From: a bacterium
GTDB lineage: Bacteria > JADJOY01
Length of the DNA stretch: 64,000 bases
NCBI GenBank assembly: GCA_046331705.1
Contig: JAXLQJ010000016.1
Coordinates: 1-64,000 of the forward strand
Reading direction: 5' to 3'
Part shown: positions 9,347 through 17,703 of the stretch, one piece after another
Numbering within the stretch: the stretch's first letter is position 1
How the letters are laid out: every line of letters begins with the position of its first letter
The notes under the pieces: generated by a model
Seen by the model: the letters and a program-made list of their open reading frames with translations, nothing else
What the model was told of the DNA's origin: nothing
Databases searched by the model: none
Made by a program: the position numbers and the translations under genes

Positions 9347-10615
9347 CTAGGGACGGGTCGACGACCAGCGCGCCAGCTTCCACTTCTCGAAGTCTTCGCG
9401 GAAGAGCGTGAGCGTGTTCGAGAAACAGTACAGGTGGTTCGCCGTGCTGCAGGCAACGGTCTGAAAGTAAGTCGTCCAGTTGTTGCTCGCCAACGACGCC
9501 TGACCGAACGTCGCGCCGACGTTGATCGCAGGGTTGGTCCAGTTGGTGCAGTTCGCGCCGGTGTCGACGCCCGCGATGCTGGTACCGGTGTAGGCGTTGG
9601 GCGCCGGCAGGTAGGTCCCGAGCTCGGTGACTGCGAGTGACGTGGCGAGGAGGCCGTCGAGAAGATCGGCTTTGCTGCTGGCGATCATCGGCCCGTCCAC
9701 GCGTCGGAAGGGTCCGTTGGTGGTGATGCGATCCTTGGCATCCACCGCGGTCGTCGAGAGCCAAGCCACGAACGAATCCGGCTCCGGTAGATCGGCGGCG
9801 AGCGCGCGGGCGCGGCAGACGTTGTCGGCGCCCGCGAGACCCGAGGAGCCGCCAGATCCCGTCCACGACGCGAGATTCCCCGTGCCGGTGGTGGATGTGA
9901 TGAACGCCAACGCGCCGATGCCGTGATCGGTGGGGATGGGATCGCCAGCGGCGCCCTCCACACAGAAGAGTCGGTACGTGCTGTCGCAGCTGGTTGCCGA
10001 CCAGGAGGTCCAGAACTGGCCGCTCGTGATTGGCGCGCGCCCGAACGATCCGAACTGGCCGGCGTCCGCCGATCCCCAATCGACGCACGTGTCGGCAGCG
10101 ACGGTGCCACTCGCTCCGGTGCCGGTCCAGTGCTGCGTGTCCGTGAAGCGAGCATCGACCCCGTTCTCGTCGAAGAACTGCAGGTCGTAGACCTCGCTCT
10201 CGCTGGTCAGCGCTTCCAGGTTGCCCGCCCACGGCGTGCCATCGGGACGCAGCCACGGACCGCGCTTCTGGTTCGTGTACGAGCCGCCGCAAGCGCTGGC
10301 TTTCGTGCCGGTGAAGCCGAGCACGTTGCAGAAGGCGTCGGTGGTCGAGGTCGAGATCCAGGCTCGATAGGCGGCGGCGTTGGCGGCGATCGCCGGGATG
10401 GTCGAGCTGGCCGCCGTGTTCTGGCAGATCTTGTTGGCCGCAGCGAGACCGGTCAGGCCGCCGTCCAGGTTTCCTGGCCAGTTGGAGAAATTGCCGGTGC
10501 CCTCCGACGATGTGACGAACACGTAGCGCGTTGCAGCGCGGGCGTTCGTCACGGGCAGCGCAACGGCCAGCGCGGCGGTCAAGAGGGATGCCGTCGATCG
10601 CTCGATCCAGCGCAC
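9347..10615 (-). CDS. Secreted protein with two tandem DUF1554 (endostatin/C-type-lectin-like) domains and C-terminal LFREDFE...WS module
   Basis: Repeats FVTSSEGTGN..GLAAANKIC / FITSTTGTGN..GLAGADNVC, AWIS/AWLS, LFCVE/LYCFS; GGAGG RBS. Confidence 0.8.
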   Translation of the reverse strand: MRWIERSTASLLTAALAVALPVTNARAATRYVFVTSSEGTGNFSNWPGNLDGGLTGLAAANKICQNTAASSTIPAIAANAAAYRAWISTSTTDAFCNVLGFTGTKASACGGSYTNQKRGPWLRPDGTPWAGNLEALTSESEVYDLQFFDENGVDARFTDTQHWTGTGASGTVAADTCVDWGSADAGQFGSFGRAPITSGQFWTSWSATSCDSTYRLFCVEGAAGDPIPTDHGIGALAFITSTTGTGNLASWTGSGGSSGLAGADNVCRARALAADLPEPDSFVAWLSTTAVDAKDRITTNGPFRRVDGPMIASSKADLLDGLLATSLAVTELGTYLPAPNAYTGTSIAGVDTGANCTNWTNPAINVGATFGQASLASNNWTTYFQTVACSTANHLYCFSNTLTLFREDFEKWKLARWSSTRP

Positions 10616-10847
10616 GGAGACCTCCTCGATGTGTTCGCAGCGCTCGGCGCCGTCGTTCGGGTTGGTGGGTAGGCCAGTCGGCGACGCTACAGCAGTTGGG
10701 CATCGCGAATCCAGGCTCGCGTCGGAGCTCGCGCCGGCGCGCCCATCTTCTCGACCGTGGCATCCCCGACCGCGACGGCGCTTACCGCGGCCCGCGCGCC
10801 GTTGTACGGTCCATGCACCACCCGCAGGGGGACGAGGTTCGTTGCCG

Positions 10848-11717
10848 ATGAGTCGAGGGCCGTGGACGAGCGGGATCGTGGCGATCGCCGTGGGCGCACT
10901 GGCGTGGGTGTCCGCTGCTTCCGCGGCGACGACGGTGCTCGTCTATCAGAACGGGTTCGAGTCAGCCGATCCGTGCGCGTGGAGCGCGAGCGAGCCGGCG
11001 GCGGATTGTGATCCCGACATGGTGTTCGTGCCTGCCGCCAGCTTCGCGATGGGCTCGACGCAGGGCGATTCCGACGAGCTGCCCGTTCACACCGTGTACC
11101 TGGACGCGTACTGGATCGATCGCTTCGAGGTGACGGTGGACGCGTGGAACGCGTGCGTGACCGCGGGCGGCTGTGGCAGCTCGAATGGCTCGTCGAGCTG
11201 CAACGTGAATCGGCCCGACCGCGGCGATCACCCCTACAACTGCGCCACGTGGAGCCAGGCCAACACCTACTGCACGTGGGCGGGGAAACGCCTGCCCACC
11301 GAAGCGGAATGGGAACGTGCGGCGCGTGGTACCGCCGCGGCCACGTACCCGTGGGGCGAGACCGAGCCGACCTGCGACTACGCCGTGATGTGGGACAGCG
11401 TGCTCGGCACCTTCGGTTGCGGCGTCAATCACACCCAGCCAGTGGGATCGCGCGCTGCGGGGGCCTCGGCGCTGGGTGCCCTCGACATGACGGGCAACGT
11501 GTGGGAGTGGGTGAGCGACTGGTACGGCGGCGACTACTACGCGAGCAGTCCCGCCGCCAATCCCGCCGGACCGGCCACGGGAACCCTGCGGGTCTTGCGG
11601 GGTGGCTCCTGGTACGAGAGCGGACCGAGCGACCTTCGCGCCGCGTTCCGCAACGCCAAGTCGCCGACTCAGTCGTTCGTCGACAACGGCTTTCGCTGCG
11701 CTCGGAGCGCCCCGTAG
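10848..11717 (+). CDS. Secreted formylglycine-generating-enzyme (FGE-sulfatase/SUMF1) domain protein
   Basis: FAMGS..DELPVHTV, RLPTEAEWERAARG, DMTGNVWEW, RVLRGGSW, GFRCA. Confidence 0.92.
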   Translation: MSRGPWTSGIVAIAVGALAWVSAASAATTVLVYQNGFESADPCAWSASEPAADCDPDMVFVPAASFAMGSTQGDSDELPVHTVYLDAYWIDRFEVTVDAWNACVTAGGCGSSNGSSSCNVNRPDRGDHPYNCATWSQANTYCTWAGKRLPTEAEWERAARGTAAATYPWGETEPTCDYAVMWDSVLGTFGCGVNHTQPVGSRAAGASALGALDMTGNVWEWVSDWYGGDYYASSPAANPAGPATGTLRVLRGGSWYESGPSDLRAAFRNAKSPTQSFVDNGFRCARSAP

Positions 11718-11861
11718 GGTGCTGGTGGGCATTCTCGGCGTCTGCGCGGGGTGATCGCGATTCTCTCTATCGCGGGACTGACCCCGCGGCGTAGACTGGC
11801 CGGCCCGCGCCGGAATCTCGGTGCGCTTTCGCCGCGAAGAGACTCAGCTTCGGGGGAATTC

Positions 11862-13007
11862 ATGGTTCGACGTGTGCTCCTGACGTGTGCGCTGGCCGCG
11901 AGCTGCGCATGTGGCGCCACGATTTCCCGCGCCGCCGACATCTGGGTGACGCGCTACGACGATCCCGCGCCCAACGGCTGCTCGCCCACGGATTGCTCGC
12001 TTCGTGAGGCCGTCATCTCGACCGAAGGCTCGGGCCTCGTGAAGAACCGAATCTTGCTCTCGGCGGGAACCTACGAGCTGACCCGCGCCGGCGCGAACGA
12101 GGACGCCGCGGCGACCGGCGATCTCGACATCTTCGATCGCAACCTCGAGATCGTCGGCCCGGGCGCGACGATGACCACCATCGACGCGAACGGGCTCGAT
12201 CGGGTGTTCCAGCTCTCCGACGCCGGTGGCGCGGCCAGCGAGATCCGTCTCGCCGGGCTCGCCATCACGGGCGGTGCCGTGAATGGTCCGGGCGCAGCCA
12301 TCCTCGCCGCGCGCGTCGCCCTGACGATCGACGCTTGCGAGATCACGGGTAACAGCGACCTTCAAGGCGGGGATGACGACGTCGTCCGTGGTTTCCTGTT
12401 CGCGGGGCTGAGCTTCCTGAGCTCGACGATCGCGGACAACCAAGGCGGCGGCCTCAGCCTGTCGCAGGCATCCGGCACGCTGCAGAACAGCACGGTGGCC
12501 GACAACGACTCCCGGGGGATCACGGCGTCGAACGGCTCCACCGTGCTCGTCACGCATTCGACGATCACCGGCGCGAGCGATGGCCTTCCCGAGATCGAAT
12601 CGGATGGCGACGGCACCGTCGTCCAGCTCCTCAACTCCTTCGTGCTCGGGAGCTGTCTGACGACGGCTTCCGGCGCCGTGCAGACGCTGGGCGGGAACGT
12701 CGAGTCCCCCGCCGACACGTGTACGTTGGGTGCGAGCGACAAGGTGGACGTGGGATTGCCGGGCCTCGGCTCGCTCGCGCTCAACGGCGGCCCGACGCGC
12801 ACGCGACTGCCCTCGCTCCAAAGCGCCGGCCTGGGCGCGGCGGTCGACGCGTGGTGCTTCGACGTCGATCAGCGCGGCGCCACCCGCTCGGGGACCAACT
12901 GCGAGAGCGGCTCGGTGGAGCGCTCGTCCGCGCGCGTCGAGACTCCGCTCTTCTTCGACGGATTCGATCAGCGCAGCGCGAACGCGTGGGACGCTAGGCA
13001 GCCGTGA
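11862..13007 (+). CDS. Secreted CSLREA / choice-of-anchor Q beta-helix protein with C-terminal LFFDGFD...WD module
   Basis: CSLREAV, GDLDI, TTIDANGLDRVF, LALNGGPTRT, DQRG..C.SG.VE. Confidence 0.87.
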   Translation: MVRRVLLTCALAASCACGATISRAADIWVTRYDDPAPNGCSPTDCSLREAVISTEGSGLVKNRILLSAGTYELTRAGANEDAAATGDLDIFDRNLEIVGPGATMTTIDANGLDRVFQLSDAGGAASEIRLAGLAITGGAVNGPGAAILAARVALTIDACEITGNSDLQGGDDDVVRGFLFAGLSFLSSTIADNQGGGLSLSQASGTLQNSTVADNDSRGITASNGSTVLVTHSTITGASDGLPEIESDGDGTVVQLLNSFVLGSCLTTASGAVQTLGGNVESPADTCTLGASDKVDVGLPGLGSLALNGGPTRTRLPSLQSAGLGAAVDAWCFDVDQRGATRSGTNCESGSVERSSARVETPLFFDGFDQRSANAWDARQP

Positions 13008-14334
13008 CCGCGGACGCCGGCGGCGCCTGGCCGGCGGGTGCGCCGCCCGCCGCGCGCGGCACGAGCTTGTCGGCGAGCCACGCCATCGTCACGCCCGCGA
13101 AGAGCAGGAAGAGCGGCTCGATCTGCAGCCGGTAGCGAAACACCGACATGAAGAGCGCGATCCGGAACAGGAACCAGCCGAGGAACGACATCAAGAGGCC
13201 GATCGGCCGTCGCTGCACCACCGAGATCGCCACGCCCACGAAGAACGACGTGATCATCACCGAGTACCAGATCCGGCTCACCCACACGAAGAGCTGCGGC
13301 CAGTAGGCGTGAAACGGAGTGATGGCGAGGAGCTTCACCCACTTGCCGAGCACGAAGCGCGGCATCTCGCGCCAATGCTCGCTCCAGAACGTGAACACCT
13401 CGGCGCGTAGCTTCTTGTCGAGGTCGACCTCGTCCTTGTAGCCCGCGAAGCGCGGGTCGTGGTCGAGGTCGGGGTGGTTCTGGTAGTCCCAGCCGGGATG
13501 ACCGGGGAAGGGCACGTAGCCGCCCCACAGCTCGGGATCGGCGAGCAGGTCGGTGTTGTTCGATTGCCACATGATGAAGCCGCTCTCGGTGGTGAGCGGC
13601 ACGAAGTGGCCGAGAGTGATCGCGTTGCGAACGATCCACGGCAGGATCGCCGCCACGCAGGCCGCGCCCATGATCACGGTGCTCTTCACCGCCTTCGCGA
13701 ACGGACGCACGCCGAAGATCGCCCAGCAGCCGAAGGTCGGCACCAGCAAGATGAAGTCGGGACGGAGGTTCGCGGCGAGCCCCGCGAGCAGCCCGCCCAG
13801 CGCGCTGCGCGCTGGGGTGGGGTTGGGCGCCAGGTGCACGATGTAGAGGTAGAGCGACCAGACGACGATCACGATGCCGAGGCTCTCGGCCCAGAGCTGA
13901 TAGTCGTAGAAGATCAGGAACGGATCGATCACCGCGAGCAGCGCCGCGATGATCGCGGGCAACGGCCCGAACACGTGGCGGGCGAGCAGGAAGAGCCCGA
14001 CCGGGCCGGTGGCGCTCAGGAAGACCTGGATCACCCGCGCCACCACCGGCGCGGTGCCGCCCATGGCGTAGATCGCCGCCAGGAAGAGCGGATAGCCCGG
14101 CATTCGGTGCGCCGTGGGATGGCCGGGTGGGTCCTCGAACACGCCGCGTTCGACGATGCCGCGCGCGAGCGTGTCGTAGACCAGCGCGTCGGCGGTCACG
14201 GGTGCGCGCGGCTCGAGCAGCGCGAAGCCGAGGACGAGTCGCATGCCCAGCGCCGCCGCGTAGATGAGCCAGGGGGTCGCGCGATGCGTCGCGAGCCGCC
14301 GCAGGACGTCGAGGATCGCTTTCATCGTGCTCAT
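12994..14334 (-). CDS. GT-C fold membrane glycosyltransferase (ArnT/PMT, GT39/83-like)
   Basis: DALVYDTLA, RMPGYPLFLA, AESL, multiple TMs, PWIVRN, RYRL. Confidence 0.85.
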   Translation of the reverse strand: MSTMKAILDVLRRLATHRATPWLIYAAALGMRLVLGFALLEPRAPVTADALVYDTLARGIVERGVFEDPPGHPTAHRMPGYPLFLAAIYAMGGTAPVVARVIQVFLSATGPVGLFLLARHVFGPLPAIIAALLAVIDPFLIFYDYQLWAESLGIVIVVWSLYLYIVHLAPNPTPARSALGGLLAGLAANLRPDFILLVPTFGCWAIFGVRPFAKAVKSTVIMGAACVAAILPWIVRNAITLGHFVPLTTESGFIMWQSNNTDLLADPELWGGYVPFPGHPGWDYQNHPDLDHDPRFAGYKDEVDLDKKLRAEVFTFWSEHWREMPRFVLGKWVKLLAITPFHAYWPQLFVWVSRIWYSVMITSFFVGVAISVVQRRPIGLLMSFLGWFLFRIALFMSVFRYRLQIEPLFLLFAGVTMAWLADKLVPRAAGGAPAGQAPPASAVTAA

Positions 14335-14398
14335 GGCCAGATCGCTTCCTCCCGGGCTCGGACCACGCCGAGCGAGCTGGTGGCGAACGGCGACCTTA

Positions 14399-15871
14399 TC
14401 AAACCTCGGCGCCGGGAACGTCGACCGCGGGCTCGCGGGGCAGCCGCTTGCTGGTGCCCCGCTCGCTCAGGACGCTGCGCACCAGCTCGGGGCGAATGGC
14501 ACCCGTGAGGGCCGCTACGACGCCGTAGAGCGCGAGCCCCACGGGAAGCACCCAAAGCGGGTTGCGCGCGCCGAAGCGCGCCAGAAAGATTCCGGCGGCG
14601 AGCACCGCGGGAACGGCGCGCGCGAGGGACGCATCGAGCCGCACCGGGAAGATCTCGCGATGGACGTAGCGCACGTGCAGCGACGCCATGACCAGCGACG
14701 CGACGACGTTGGCGAGCGCAGCGCCGGTGGCGCCCAGCGCGGGCACCAGCGCGAGGTTGGACGCGACGCTGGCGCCGATGCCGAGCGCCACGAACCGGAG
14801 GTCGTCGCGTTGGCGCTCGGCGGCGAGCATCACGTGGCCGAGCACCACGTCGGCGGCATACGGGATCAGCGTCCACGGGAGGATGCGTAGCACCCACACG
14901 GTTCCGTGGAAGGCGGCGTTGGGATAGAGCAGGCGCACGATCCCTTCCGCGCCCAGGCTGAGCGCGAGCAGGATCGGAAGCGTCGCCACGTAGAGCATGG
15001 TGAGCGCTCGCGTCGCGAGATCCGCGAGCTTCGCCGGATCCTCCTCGCGCAGCCGTGCGAACGCCGGGTAGACGATGGATGCCGCGGTGGCGGGCAGCAG
15101 CGAGGCCACCTCGAGCAGCCGATAGGCGGCGCTGTAGACGCCCACCTCCGCTTGGTCGCGCAGCACCGAGAGCAGCACCATGTCCGCCTTCAGGTAGACC
15201 ATCGCGAGCGCGTAGAGCGCGGCGAAAGTCGGCAGTCGGCGGGTGAGGTCGCGGAGCGCGGGCCGGAGCGCGAGCCGCGAGTCGCCGAGGAGCTGGCGGT
15301 CGAGCATGGCCGCCGCCGTCGCCGTGCCGGCGATGCGCGCCAGCAGGAACATCCACGCGAGCGCCACCAGCCCGCCGCCGGCGAGCAGCGCCACGAGGCT
15401 TGCGCCGCAGCGCAGCACGTTCTCGATGGCCGTGAGGCGCGCGGCGCGGTCGGCGCGACCACGCGCCACGAAGAGCGCCTCGGCGATCTGCGAGAACCCA
15501 CCGGGCACCAGCGAGATCGCCATGAGGTCGAGCGCCCGCGTGAGCTCGGGCGGATAGCCGAGCGCGCGCGCGAGCGCCGCCAAGCCCAGCGCGAACACCA
15601 CCGCGGCCGGAACCGCGAGCGCCAGCGCCGCCGCGAACAGGCTGCGGGTGGCGTCGGGGCGTCGCCCCACCTCGCGCGGGAAGAGGTGGACGAGGCCGAG
15701 CGCCGAAGCGCTCTGGAACACGTAGCCGAGGGCGATCATCAGCCCGTAGCCGCCGAGACCCGCGCCGCCGAGCTTCCACGCGATGGCGACGGTCAGCCCG
15801 AGCGAAAGCAGCAAGATCGCGATGCGCGTCGCGAAGAACACCGCCGTGTCTCGGGCGAGTCGCGCGCTCAC
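14399..15871 (-). CDS. Wzx-type oligosaccharide flippase (MOP superfamily)
   Basis: About 12-14 TMs; LG..GLG.Y, YLKADMVLL, VGVYSAAYRL, NLALVPALGATGAA. Confidence 0.9.
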   Translation of the reverse strand: MSARLARDTAVFFATRIAILLLSLGLTVAIAWKLGGAGLGGYGLMIALGYVFQSASALGLVHLFPREVGRRPDATRSLFAAALALAVPAAVVFALGLAALARALGYPPELTRALDLMAISLVPGGFSQIAEALFVARGRADRAARLTAIENVLRCGASLVALLAGGGLVALAWMFLLARIAGTATAAAMLDRQLLGDSRLALRPALRDLTRRLPTFAALYALAMVYLKADMVLLSVLRDQAEVGVYSAAYRLLEVASLLPATAASIVYPAFARLREEDPAKLADLATRALTMLYVATLPILLALSLGAEGIVRLLYPNAAFHGTVWVLRILPWTLIPYAADVVLGHVMLAAERQRDDLRFVALGIGASVASNLALVPALGATGAALANVVASLVMASLHVRYVHREIFPVRLDASLARAVPAVLAAGIFLARFGARNPLWVLPVGLALYGVVAALTGAIRPELVRSVLSERGTSKRLPREPAVDVPGAEV

Positions 15872-16077
15872 GGTCGGTTTCCTCGGGATTCGCCGCGGCG
15901 GAGGTCGCGTCCGCGAGCGGGGGCGGCCAGGATGGCATACCGGCAATCGCGCGCTCCCGTGCCGCGGGTCGTCGCCGGAGCCGCGGGCCGGAACTGGGCT
16001 CGGCGGGTGGCGCGAATCGCGTCGCAAGCGTTAGTCTTGGTGATTCCGAGGTTCTGCGGCTGCGCTGCCCTGCACCG

Positions 16078-17628
16078 ATGAAGAGCGTCACGCTCATCTT
16101 TCCCGATACCAAGCAAGAGCACCGCGTGCTCCTGCCGCTGGCGCTGCTCTACGCCGGGACTCCGGTGGCCCGCGCCGGTTACCGCGTGAACATCATCGAT
16201 CAGCGCGTCGAGCCTCGCTGGGAAGAGCGGCTCGAGCATCTGCTGGCCACCGAGAAGCACGTCTGCGTCGGCATCTCGACGATGACCGGCAAGCAGGTCG
16301 CCGGCGCCGTCGGGGCAGGCGACGCGATGCGCCGGCTCGCGCCGCACGTGCCGCTGGTGTGGGGCGGAGTGCACCCTTCCTTGCTTCCCGACCAGACGCT
16401 CGAGGATCCGCGGGTGGACTTGGTGGTGGTGGGCGAGGGTGACGAGACGCTGCCCGAGCTGGTGCGCGTCCTCGACGCGGGCGGCGATCTGAGCGTCGTG
16501 CGGGGCATCGCCTACAAGGACGGGAGCGGAAAGGTCGTGCGCACCGCGCCACGCCCCTTCGTCGATCTCGACGCGCAACCTTCGGTCGACTACGGGTTGG
16601 TCGACATCCGCGCCTACAACCGGGATTTCTTCGATCAGGAGCGCGAAGCGATCGCGCTGATCACCAGTCGCGGGTGCCCGTATCCGTGTACGTACTGCTA
16701 CGAAAAGGCCTTCAACGACCGGCGCTATCGCGTGCTCTCCCCGCCCCGCGTGGTCGCGGAGATGCGGCGGCTCAACGAAACCTACGGGCTGCAGCACTTC
16801 TTCTTCCTGGACGACGAGTTCTTCATCCAGGAGGATCGCGTCCGCGCGATTCGCGACGAGCTGCTTCCCCAGCCGTTCGCGCGCTCGATGACGGTGCACA
16901 ACGCGAACATCCGGGTCGACGAGATCAATCGCTACGATCCGGCCTTGCTCGCGAGCCTGCGCGACTTGGGCTTCCAGGACGTGTTCGTCGGGGTGGAGTC
17001 GGGCTCGGACGAGATCCTGGCGCGCATCAAGAAGAGCATCACCCGCGACGACGTCATCCGCGCCAACCGCAAGATCCGCCAGATCGGCATCCGACCCATC
17101 TACGCCTTCATGGGCGGATTCCCGTTCGAGAAGGCCGAGAACGTGTGGGACACCCTCACGCTCATGGAGCAGCTCACGCGTGAGAACCCGGACGCGACGG
17201 TGCTCGGCATGTCGCTCTTCTGCCCGTTCCCGGGCACCGAGCTCTACGACGAGTGCGTGAGCCGCGGCATGAAGCCGCCCGATCGCCTGCCGCGCTGGGC
17301 GGACATCGACTACACGCGTCTCAAGTACGCGATGTTCGATCCCGAGCTCGTGCAGGTGTTCCGCTACGGCGTGCTCTTCTCGTACTTCATCGACTACAAG
17401 CAATGGCCGAAGCGCGCCTGGCCGCTCATGGCGCTCAAGCACGTGGCTCGCTTGCTCATCCGCTGGCGCGCCAAGCGGCGGAACTTCGACCACCTCTGGG
17501 AAGTGACGCTGCTCAAGCTGCGCGACAAGCTCCCGCTCACGTTCCGACGCTTCGGCGCCTTCATCCAGATCGGCGGCGAGGACGCCACCGAACCCTCCCC
17601 GCTCGTCGCCCAAGCCCGCGCCGGCTGA
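16078..17628 (+). CDS. B12-binding domain radical SAM protein (class B methyltransferase-like)
   Basis: PLALLY, VWGGVHPS, VVGEGD; TSRGCPYPCTYC (CxxxCxxC); GVESGS; PFPGTEL. Confidence 0.92.
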   Translation: MKSVTLIFPDTKQEHRVLLPLALLYAGTPVARAGYRVNIIDQRVEPRWEERLEHLLATEKHVCVGISTMTGKQVAGAVGAGDAMRRLAPHVPLVWGGVHPSLLPDQTLEDPRVDLVVVGEGDETLPELVRVLDAGGDLSVVRGIAYKDGSGKVVRTAPRPFVDLDAQPSVDYGLVDIRAYNRDFFDQEREAIALITSRGCPYPCTYCYEKAFNDRRYRVLSPPRVVAEMRRLNETYGLQHFFFLDDEFFIQEDRVRAIRDELLPQPFARSMTVHNANIRVDEINRYDPALLASLRDLGFQDVFVGVESGSDEILARIKKSITRDDVIRANRKIRQIGIRPIYAFMGGFPFEKAENVWDTLTLMEQLTRENPDATVLGMSLFCPFPGTELYDECVSRGMKPPDRLPRWADIDYTRLKYAMFDPELVQVFRYGVLFSYFIDYKQWPKRAWPLMALKHVARLLIRWRAKRRNFDHLWEVTLLKLRDKLPLTFRRFGAFIQIGGEDATEPSPLVAQARAG

Positions 17629-17703
17629 TCGCAGCCGCCGCGTGGCGCGCGCGGGTACGCGCACCCCAGTCTTCGGCCCGCCGGTCCCGTGGCGGGCGAC
17701 GGA

